This document shows, one piece after another, positions 56,635 through 64,000 of a stretch of DNA of 64,000 bases. Where the stretch lies: IMG/VR virus record IMGVR_UViG_3300017913_001833, positions 32,001-96,000 of that record. One strand, written 5' to 3'. The stretch comes from a virus (Duplodnaviria; Caudoviricetes). Every line of letters starts with the position of its first letter. The first letter of the stretch is position 1. Both the position numbers and the translations under genes were made by a program. Below the pieces are notes generated by a model. The model saw only the letters and a list, made by a program, of their open reading frames with translations. It did no database searches and was not told the origin of the DNA.

Positions 56635-58100
56635 GCTAGTGTCTTTTGTAAATAATCTTGTATAGCTTTACGCTTTGTATTCTTCAAGTATTTATGAGGT
56701 AATTTTTTGCGTAAGCCCGAGTAGTCTTGGTAGTGCTTTTCTAAATCTAATCCTAAACTAGTCACACTACCACATACCCAGCCTGCTACTTTTTGATAAC
56801 TGTCATCCATCTGTCTTAATTCTTCTGCAAGTTTTCCTGCTTTTATAGCATTCATGTGTTCATTTTTCCATACTGTCATCCATGCATTTGTTTTACTTGC
56901 AAGTGTATTTTTTAGTAGACGTTTTTGCTTATGTACTTTATACCCATACTTTTCAGGATTACGATCAATTGGGCTATGATATTCGTGATGTTCTTTTGAA
57001 TGTATTAGTAATGGATACCATTGCCAAAAGTCTATATTAGGATCTGAAACTACACGTTCTCTACTTTCTCTAATACTTGATTCGCTTTCATGAGGTAATC
57101 CAACAATTAAGTTTATCTGTGTTTTTACTTGCCCTTTACTTTTTTGCTTCATATCAGCTATAGCATCTAGCACTTTGTCTACTGTATAGCCTTTTTGCAC
57201 TGCTTGTCTTGTTTGTTTGTTATAACTTTCAATACCGAAACTTGCTCCTCGTAATCCTGATTCAACTAGTAAATCTATTTGGTCGGGCCACCTTACTAAC
57301 AATTCTGGTTTGATATATGTATCAAAATTTATGTTGAAAGGTAAACTACTTATAACTTCGTGCATAAGTTCTAATTTAACCATACTATCGTTATATGTAT
57401 CGTCCATAAACCAATAATTTGTTGTACCAAATTTTTCATAGTTACGCATAAATTCTGTATACATATCTTCTTTAGCACGGATATAATCAAACTTATTTTT
57501 GTTGTTAAGCGGAAAATTACAGAAACTACAATTAAAAATGCATCCTCTGGCTATTTCCATAGGTAAACTTTGATGCGGTGTGATGTAATCTTCTGCTTTC
57601 CATAGAACAGGTATATTACTAATATCTTTTCTATCATAATTGTGATTACTATCAACTATTTTCTTACCTTTGTAGTCTCTAAATTTTAGATTTGTATCTT
57701 TGCCGTCAAGGTATTTTGTTAATGCTACTGTTGCATCGTCTGCATATCCTGTAACGAATATATCTGCAAAGTCTAAAAATTCTACCATTGCTTTTGCACC
57801 GCCAATTACAAATGGTACTTTATATTGTTGGCGAAGATTTGTAAAGAATAATTTTCTTTCTTGTAATAGTTGAGATGTGTTAAAAAATGTTGTGCTGAAT
57901 CCTACCCATAGTGTATCTTGACTAACATATTTGTCAAACGCTTGTTGTATATTTTCATTAGACATGCTATGGAAATGGTCAATTACTTTGACTCTGTATC
58001 CATTCATCTCTAATTCTGTGCGTATCCTGTACGCTCCTAAAGCTCGAAAATATGTAGACTCTGATAAATCAATACCAGTAAAGATTACAGCATGATACAT
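56631..58100 (-). CDS. B12-binding-domain radical SAM enzyme
   Basis: N-terminal VGFSTTF/IGGA domain; EIARGCIFNCSFC, MDDT, FGIES, IVGLPHE; start at 58100 by TAATG coupling. Confidence 0.85.
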   Translation of the reverse strand: MYHAVIFTGIDLSESTYFRALGAYRIRTELEMNGYRVKVIDHFHSMSNENIQQAFDKYVSQDTLWVGFSTTFFNTSQLLQERKLFFTNLRQQYKVPFVIGGAKAMVEFLDFADIFVTGYADDATVALTKYLDGKDTNLKFRDYKGKKIVDSNHNYDRKDISNIPVLWKAEDYITPHQSLPMEIARGCIFNCSFCNFPLNNKNKFDYIRAKEDMYTEFMRNYEKFGTTNYWFMDDTYNDSMVKLELMHEVISSLPFNINFDTYIKPELLVRWPDQIDLLVESGLRGASFGIESYNKQTRQAVQKGYTVDKVLDAIADMKQKSKGQVKTQINLIVGLPHESESSIRESRERVVSDPNIDFWQWYPLLIHSKEHHEYHSPIDRNPEKYGYKVHKQKRLLKNTLASKTNAWMTVWKNEHMNAIKAGKLAEELRQMDDSYQKVAGWVCGSVTSLGLDLEKHYQDYSGLRKKLPHKYLKNTKRKAIQDYLQKTLA

Positions 58101-58852
58101 TATGTTTTGATTAGTTTGATTACCCAAGCACTTGGGTCTAATTCCCACCATTTGTGTTGAAAGTTCCATCTACCAGGTTTAGCATGATGATTGTTATGCC
58201 AACCTTCACCCCATGTAATAAGTGCAAGCCACCAAGTGTTACGGCTGTCTTCTTTTGTTTCGTAGTTTCTATATCCCCACATGTGATTTATGTAGTTGCT
58301 TAGAACACTGATCCAAATTTGTATTCCCATTGGAATAATACCTGCAAATATTAAAACATTTATGCCGCCTGCAATGTATAAAACTGCAAGCCATACAAGT
58401 AGTATAGCATAATAATAATTATGAAGCAAGAGATGAAATTTATCAGTGATAAGTTTTCTTACTGACCATTTATTCATTTCAAATTCATACTTAGGTATTA
58501 ACACATTCCACACACCGAGATGCGGACTATGTGGATCTCCATCTTTATCAGCATTTTTATGATGATCATTGTGTATAGCAACCCATCCAATACTACTCCC
58601 TGTTCCGCCTATAGCACCAAAAAAGGAAAACAAATATTCCATCCACTTATATCTAAATTTAAATGATCTATGTGTCAGATAGCGATGAAATGTAACTGTA
58701 ATACCTAAACATCCTGTTAAAAAATAGACAGCAATACTTAATGCCCACCATGATAGACTAGGTGCAAAGAACAGCATATAAACAATAGCCAATGTTGCTA
58801 CTGCCTGTATGTATGGGAAGTAGGTTGTATTTGCTCTAAAAATGTCTCTCAT
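58100..58852 (-). CDS. Membrane fatty-acid desaturase (delta-9-like)
   Basis: HRYLTH, HNDHH, GEGWHNNHH; TAAATA 5 nt upstream (58858-58863). Confidence 0.9.
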   Translation of the reverse strand: MRDIFRANTTYFPYIQAVATLAIVYMLFFAPSLSWWALSIAVYFLTGCLGITVTFHRYLTHRSFKFRYKWMEYLFSFFGAIGGTGSSIGWVAIHNDHHKNADKDGDPHSPHLGVWNVLIPKYEFEMNKWSVRKLITDKFHLLLHNYYYAILLVWLAVLYIAGGINVLIFAGIIPMGIQIWISVLSNYINHMWGYRNYETKEDSRNTWWLALITWGEGWHNNHHAKPGRWNFQHKWWELDPSAWVIKLIKT

Positions 58853-58871
58853 GATAATATTTATCCTGGTT

Positions 58872-59708
58872 TTATAGGGTTATCATATGATCAGGCAATA
58901 TATCGCCTTCTAGCAACATGTCAAAAGGATGTTTTACTCCAAAGAACTTGTTTGTTGCCCATGTTTTTTCAATAGGATCATAGTCAAACCAAGGACTACA
59001 TCCTATTACAAGATGTGTTCTAGTGTTGTCAGTTTTTTCTGTGCTAAAAACTTTGTGTGCTACATTTGTATCCCATGTATACAAGTTACCTACTTTTAAA
59101 TTGTAAGGATCTTTGTTTTCCATTTGAAAATAAAATTCTTTACTAGTTGTAAGCGGAATGTTCAATCTAAGATTTATAAAAATACTTTCATCCCTATGCC
59201 AACCTACCTTAGGATCATCTGGAAAGTCTTTTGCAACAAGTGTGCTTATTCTACTTCTAACTATAGTAGGTTTAATTTGTGCAAGTAGATTTCCTAACTC
59301 TCCTTCTATACTACAAGGTGTAGGTTTTACAAATCCAAATGTGTCGTAATAACTGTCTTTTACATATTCATGATTGTGCGTTTGTGCATAAAAGAATTCA
59401 CCTGTCTTATTCTTAGGTGTACCTATACTGTTAACATTTTCATCTATATTATCTTGATGATTTGGATTACTACGCAAACTTAAACTTTTATAAAAATTTA
59501 CGTTTTGATTTTTAGTTTGCCAACCAACTGGATTGTATTTTTGTAAAATCTCTTGTACACTATTTTTTAACGCTTCAATATCATAGTTAAACTGTAAAGA
59601 TAAGTCACTATGTTTTGATTCAACTAAATGTTTGTTAAGTTTAGTTGCTTTTGTTAACCATTCGTGGACAGTAAATGCCTTAGGACATAATTCAACTGGG
59701 TACTTCAT
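58872..59708 (-). CDS. Aspartyl/asparaginyl beta-hydroxylase-like oxygenase
   Basis: RSRI..WHRD..LNIPL..WDTNVAH..RTHLV. Confidence 0.72.
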   Translation of the reverse strand: MKYPVELCPKAFTVHEWLTKATKLNKHLVESKHSDLSLQFNYDIEALKNSVQEILQKYNPVGWQTKNQNVNFYKSLSLRSNPNHQDNIDENVNSIGTPKNKTGEFFYAQTHNHEYVKDSYYDTFGFVKPTPCSIEGELGNLLAQIKPTIVRSRISTLVAKDFPDDPKVGWHRDESIFINLRLNIPLTTSKEFYFQMENKDPYNLKVGNLYTWDTNVAHKVFSTEKTDNTRTHLVIGCSPWFDYDPIEKTWATNKFFGVKHPFDMLLEGDILPDHMITL

Positions 59709-60271
59709 AGACTTTCCTTGTATTGCTTGATATTTAATTCAGCAACTGTTTGAAGTGTATATTGTACTTCTACTTTTTGATCTAGCCATGTTAGATTATT
59801 ATATATTTTTCTTGGGCCACCAAACGTACTTGCTTTGCCTTCACTCATACGTCTTAGAAAATTAACAAGTCGATGATTATAATCATTAAAAGTCATCCAA
59901 ACTTTTTCATAACCTTGTGCATGCCAATAGTCTATCTGCAAAGGGAATATATTTCTTGCTTGACACCAGTGGCCTCCTCCTCTATAATCTGGATGAGTAA
60001 ATGCCCTAACTCCAATAATAGGTATATCTTTCCACAAATACGTGCCACTCATAGCAATAGGTTTAACATCACGTACGATGTTAAACATATCAAATCTTTG
60101 CTTTTTATGTATTAGATGCAACAAAGTATAAGATTTGTTTTCCCAGCCATTAATATCATAATTTTTATAGGCATTTTCTTTTAGACTATATGCATACTCA
60201 CTTAGATATTGTAAATCTAAATTTTGAATATCTGTAATTTTTCCGCGGTATAACGAATCAGTTTTGATCAT
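59705..60271 (-). CDS. GNAT-like acyltransferase
   Basis: RAFTHPDYRGGG acyl-CoA motif A; MTFNDYN. Confidence 0.65.
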   Translation of the reverse strand: MIKTDSLYRGKITDIQNLDLQYLSEYAYSLKENAYKNYDINGWENKSYTLLHLIHKKQRFDMFNIVRDVKPIAMSGTYLWKDIPIIGVRAFTHPDYRGGGHWCQARNIFPLQIDYWHAQGYEKVWMTFNDYNHRLVNFLRRMSEGKASTFGGPRKIYNNLTWLDQKVEVQYTLQTVAELNIKQYKESL

Positions 60272-60274
60272 AAA

Positions 60275-60772
60275 CTAGATTGCTCCTACACTAACCAACT
60301 TCTTAAATGTGTAAGGAAATTTGCATTGTAGCACAAATGCACTACGCCAGCCATCTGTGTTATTTTCATAACCATGCCAAGAGCTACAATCAAATGCAGT
60401 AGGACAATCTATCAGCACACTATCAATTTTTTTGCCGTCAATACTCTCATAAAAATCTAAAGGTGTGCTATAGTTGTCTAAAGGAAAAAGTATATTGACT
60501 GTGCGTTTAATTTCACCCGCTGCACTATCTTCGTGTGCTTCTACAATACTATTAGCTTGTGTTCTTATAAAACTACAACTATAGAATATTTTACTCATTG
60601 CAAATTGATCTAATATCTCTTTAACATAATAATTTTTCATATCATATGCACTATGAACTTGCTGAGGAACTTTTCGTCCTATTTCTTTATATCCATCACT
60701 ATAGGTTAAACTTTGTGCAATCTCTAACAATGCATCTTTAGAATATTTTATATGAGGTAATTGTTTATACAT
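60275..60772 (-). CDS. Fe/2OG oxygenase-like protein
   Basis: AHED..NILFPL..FDCSSWHG..R. Confidence 0.65.
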   Translation of the reverse strand: MYKQLPHIKYSKDALLEIAQSLTYSDGYKEIGRKVPQQVHSAYDMKNYYVKEILDQFAMSKIFYSCSFIRTQANSIVEAHEDSAAGEIKRTVNILFPLDNYSTPLDFYESIDGKKIDSVLIDCPTAFDCSSWHGYENNTDGWRSAFVLQCKFPYTFKKLVSVGAI

Positions 60773-61491
60773 TAACTTTCAGCCGCTTCTAGAATGTTCA
60801 AAACTCTTAATACATTTTCATAAGTCTTAGGAATGTTGAGAACTAAATGTATACTGCCGTGCTGATAACTATGTGTCCTATGTTGTTTACGGGTATCAAT
60901 ATAGTAACACCGGCCTTCTTCAATACTGCGTATACTGTAATCATGCTCCCATTGATAACTTTGATGTCCTGTATTTGTTAAAAATGCTACTATACGAAAA
61001 CATTTGCGTTGTAGTAACACACCATCTCTATGGCTTGGAAACCATCCACCTTTGTTAACTTTTACAAGTGTGCAACGTCCTAACTTAGGAAAGTAATCTA
61101 ATATAGGATGTAAGCTAGGAGTATCATGATATAATTGTGTAGGTGTATCGAAGTCAAGTTCATTTAATTTACGACCAGCTCGTTTTTGTGCTTCTGGCAT
61201 ACTAATACTATCTTGTGGTGTATCACCAGGTAACCCTACCATGTTAAGTCCGTCTCTATCATTAAGACTACCTTCACGGTGTAAGTAAGGAACCCACTGT
61301 CCGTCATATTTAGAAATTTCTTTTCTAAATTCACTTAGGTTAATTTTAATTGAAAGAGGAACAAAATCACCAATTGCATCAAGTTGCATTTCAGTAGCAA
61401 TATCCAAAAGTTTTGGATGTGAAAACGTACCGTCTTTAAATGATTGTAAATAATCAATTTTAAGTTTTTTCTTTTCTTCTTCTGTTATCAT
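60772..61491 (-). CDS. Aspartyl/asparaginyl beta-hydroxylase-like oxygenase
   Basis: GGWFPSHRD..YIDTRKQH..IHLVLN. Confidence 0.72.
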   Translation of the reverse strand: MITEEEKKKLKIDYLQSFKDGTFSHPKLLDIATEMQLDAIGDFVPLSIKINLSEFRKEISKYDGQWVPYLHREGSLNDRDGLNMVGLPGDTPQDSISMPEAQKRAGRKLNELDFDTPTQLYHDTPSLHPILDYFPKLGRCTLVKVNKGGWFPSHRDGVLLQRKCFRIVAFLTNTGHQSYQWEHDYSIRSIEEGRCYYIDTRKQHRTHSYQHGSIHLVLNIPKTYENVLRVLNILEAAES

Positions 61492-62180
61492 TGTATCTCC
61501 GTAAAAATACTTAGTCCTATTTTTCTGTCAACCCCTAGCTTTGTAAAGTCACTTGAACAATGTATTCGTAAACTATCAAAAGCAATTATACTTCCTATAG
61601 TCCAAGGAAAAAATCCTTTCACACTTAATCCTTCAAGCCAATTATCTTTCAAATGAGTTAAGACATTTCTAATAGGTTGCGGTATTCCATTTTTATTTGT
61701 GTTTTCTACTTCACTATAATCATATAATGGTTGATTGTAATAAAATGGTATATCTAAATCTTGTTCACCGTTGAACAATTTTACAGGACCGCCATAATAG
61801 TATTGGTCAAACATAACTAGTTTTATTTTGTTACAATCTCCTTTATCTACCCATAAAGGTATAGTAAATGCTTTGTACACATCTGGATATTCAAAACTAT
61901 CATCTATGTGTAGCACATGAGGACTAGTAACATCAAAATAATGTGCAGACCTTACTTTGAAATTTCCAAACTGTTTACGTAACAAATCTAGTATGTCATC
62001 AATTACGTCTTCACCTTCTTCAACATACACAACTTTAGGACCTGTATTCTTTTCTATCTTTTCACTTGCATGATAATATTCAAGCAAACTTGTAATTTTG
62101 TCTTGATTAATTACATTTAATAATTGTGTAGATTCAGAATGTGTTTTCTTAATCCTGTTTATCTGCTCTGTTGTTCTCAT
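61488..62180 (-). CDS. Fe/2OG oxygenase-like protein
   Basis: HID..FTIPL..FDSLRIH..KIGLSIF; likely start MRTTEQ at 62180. Confidence 0.62.
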   Translation of the reverse strand: MRTTEQINRIKKTHSESTQLLNVINQDKITSLLEYYHASEKIEKNTGPKVVYVEEGEDVIDDILDLLRKQFGNFKVRSAHYFDVTSPHVLHIDDSFEYPDVYKAFTIPLWVDKGDCNKIKLVMFDQYYYGGPVKLFNGEQDLDIPFYYNQPLYDYSEVENTNKNGIPQPIRNVLTHLKDNWLEGLSVKGFFPWTIGSIIAFDSLRIHCSSDFTKLGVDRKIGLSIFTEIQ

Positions 62181-63288
62181 CTTTAACTTTCGGTATCTTA
62201 CTATCTGCAGAACTAACACAGCTCTTAGTAATACACGTTTTTGGCTCTTTAAACAGTTTAAAGCCTGTCTCGATGTTACCAAGGGGTGCATCATGGCAAG
62301 AATAACTTCTTTTTACCGAACCGTCAGGCTCCCGTATTATTATTCCGCTAAAACCGGCGTTACACCGCCATCCTTCGAATTTATTAAAATTAAAGGCATT
62401 AAAGCGTTCTGCTTGGTCCATATACCACTTTTTACCTGTAGAGTCTTTTAGCTCTACTTGCATGTGCCATGGAACACTTGCATCATTCTTACCTGTTACT
62501 CCTGCAGGGATTTGGAATGTTGGTTTTGGTCTGCCTTCCCATTGCCTTTTGCTTTCTGTATAGGCTCGCTGGGGCATTCCGTTCCAGAGTCTGTCGAGTT
62601 GGTCTTTTGTGTATCCTTCAACAACTCGTGATGCTGTTGGATCAGACTGGGGTTTGAGAGTGACATTAATGCCTCTGGAATGGAAAAATAAGGCATTGCT
62701 CCAGTCTCGTTCAAACCATTCTGGAACCATGACCATATTGATCGTAACTTGGATATCATGTTCTTGACATAGGATGAGTTTATTTGCAAACTCTTCCATC
62801 CTTTCAGTAGTATTTACATGTTCTGTGTGTAAACTAGCTGTAATAGAGGCCCTATGGAAAGGTTTTGCATACTCTACATATGTTTCAAACCACTTCATAG
62901 GCCTGCTACAATTACTTGTCATATGTATGCTTGTATAATTTGTATTTCCTACATCATCTGCTAGATGTTTTAATATGTCCAAGTATCCAGGATGGAAAGT
63001 AGGTTCTCCTCCCGACAAGGAGAAATGGAAAGAATTGAAGCCGTTGAGTCTGGCTTGACGTTTGATTTCATCCACTGTAAGCAAGCAGAGCTCGGTAGGA
63101 CGGTGGTCTTTACGATCACTTCTTGCGTAAGGCCAACAGTAGGAACATCTGTAGTTACAGAACCTTCCGAGTAACCAGGATACAGTAAATAGATCGCGAT
63201 AAAGCAGAGTACGTTGACCCACAGAGACAATGTCATCAAAAGGGATCTTAGTAAAGTCATAATTACTCCATTTCAAATCTTCATTCAT
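62149..63288 (-). CDS. Radical SAM enzyme with C-terminal SPASM/twitch-like Cys cluster
   Basis: CNYRCSYC, SGGEPT; CNAG..SCHDAPLGNI..CITKSC. Confidence 0.88.
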   Translation of the reverse strand: MNEDLKWSNYDFTKIPFDDIVSVGQRTLLYRDLFTVSWLLGRFCNYRCSYCWPYARSDRKDHRPTELCLLTVDEIKRQARLNGFNSFHFSLSGGEPTFHPGYLDILKHLADDVGNTNYTSIHMTSNCSRPMKWFETYVEYAKPFHRASITASLHTEHVNTTERMEEFANKLILCQEHDIQVTINMVMVPEWFERDWSNALFFHSRGINVTLKPQSDPTASRVVEGYTKDQLDRLWNGMPQRAYTESKRQWEGRPKPTFQIPAGVTGKNDASVPWHMQVELKDSTGKKWYMDQAERFNAFNFNKFEGWRCNAGFSGIIIREPDGSVKRSYSCHDAPLGNIETGFKLFKEPKTCITKSCVSSADSKIPKVKDENNRADKQD

Positions 63289-63293
63289 AATAT

Positions 63294-63322
63294 ACTATAA
63301 CACCACTACAGCTATTTGTCAA
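63294..63322 (-). promoter_or_regulatory. sigma70 promoter, leaderless
   Basis: Minus strand TTGACA-N17-TATAGT, ATG 5 nt downstream. Confidence 0.75.
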
Positions 63323-63323
63323 T

Positions 63324-63351
63324 AGTATTTACGATAAATATTTAGGAGACA
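63324..63351. promoter_or_regulatory. Back-to-back TAAATA promoter cassette (second copy)
   Basis: AGTATTTA-CGA-TAAATA-TTTAGGAGACA. Confidence 0.65.
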
Positions 63352-63358
63352 GTACAAA

Positions 63359-63940
63359 ATGACTTTGCTAGACTACGCAAAAACTATAGAACCTTGTCAA
63401 AGGAACTGGGACGAAGATTACGAAGTTCCAGATGAACATATAGATTACATATTAGACGTATGCACAACAGTTCCCACAAAACAAAACCTAAACACCTATA
63501 GCTTAGTTACTATTACAGACAGAGAAACTATAGAAAATATATATAAAAAGTGTGCTTTTGATCCACAAGGCTATGCAGCAACTTATCTAAAAAACAGCCA
63601 AGTAAATGCAAATGCTTTGTTCATATGGTGCAATGGCACAGACAAGGCTGAATTCAAAGATGATGTAGATATTGCAGTTGGTATAAGTTCTGGTGCTGCT
63701 GCACTTGCGGCAGCTGAACTAGGTTACAAAACAGGTTTTTGCAAATGTTTTGAACCAAGACCTCTAAGAAAAATTCTTAGAAAAGCAGGTGTAAAAGATT
63801 ACAATCATGGTATACTAATGTTAGGGGTAGGTAAACCTAACGAGGATTTTCCTAGACATTACATTGTACGTGATGGAAGATACGCAGGTTTGCAACCTCC
63901 TAAAGGTGACAAAAATATTTTGCGTCAAAGGATTAAGTAG
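63359..63940 (+). CDS. Nitroreductase-family flavoprotein
   Basis: CQRNW, PTKQN, AAELGYKTGFCKC, LGVG. Confidence 0.8.
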   Translation: MTLLDYAKTIEPCQRNWDEDYEVPDEHIDYILDVCTTVPTKQNLNTYSLVTITDRETIENIYKKCAFDPQGYAATYLKNSQVNANALFIWCNGTDKAEFKDDVDIAVGISSGAAALAAAELGYKTGFCKCFEPRPLRKILRKAGVKDYNHGILMLGVGKPNEDFPRHYIVRDGRYAGLQPPKGDKNILRQRIK

Positions 63941-64000
63941 ATAATACACCTACGTCAAAATGATTAGCAACAACAGATTTATAATTTTCTTTATACCTAC

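Noticed and set aside
1-64000. Stop-codon reassignment as in some large phages
   Set aside because: Code 11 gives dense, full-length genes, and TAA, TAG and TGA all end conserved proteins at expected positions
1-64000. tRNA, rRNA, CRISPR array, integrase or transposase
   Set aside because: Intergenic gaps are short and none showed these patterns by eye; tRNAscan/Infernal not run

Overview
A gene-dense, AT-rich 64 kb segment of a large lytic dsDNA phage with T4-like features, read in standard genetic code 11. The host is probably a Gram-negative aquatic bacterium (inferred from spanins, phoH/psiE and leaderless mRNAs). From left to right: thyX, a DNA methyltransferase and phoH; a lysis cassette (GH19 endolysin, i/o-spanin-like pair, holin candidates); late DnaJ and ClpA; a 12-19 kb block of putative capsid-internal polyproteins sharing an N-terminal M(K/R)xx(E/D)hxE motif, one carrying a peptidoglycan-binding domain and an annexin repeat; family B DNA polymerase with a TauD-like enzyme and sugar-nucleotide genes; a 7-deazaguanine DNA-modification locus (DpdA/TGT-like, QueD-like/DpdL-type, FolE, QueE, no QueC seen) interleaved with a glycosyltransferase, PRTase, MBD4-like glycosylase and HIT; RNase H-like exonuclease; MoxR/VWA pair; a tail fibre. 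Last comes a ~17 kb island resembling a biosynthetic gene cluster: PanD, TauD x2, desaturase x2, radical SAM x3, ATP-grasp, GNAT-like x2, EctD-like, PP-loop ATPase, nitroreductase x2 and many Fe/2OG oxygenases. Two promoter classes are readable by eye: near-consensus sigma70 TTGACA-N17-TATAAT and a T4-late-like TAAATA, often leaderless. No tRNA, CRISPR, intron/intein or integrase was seen. All product calls come from motif recognition by eye, not database searches.
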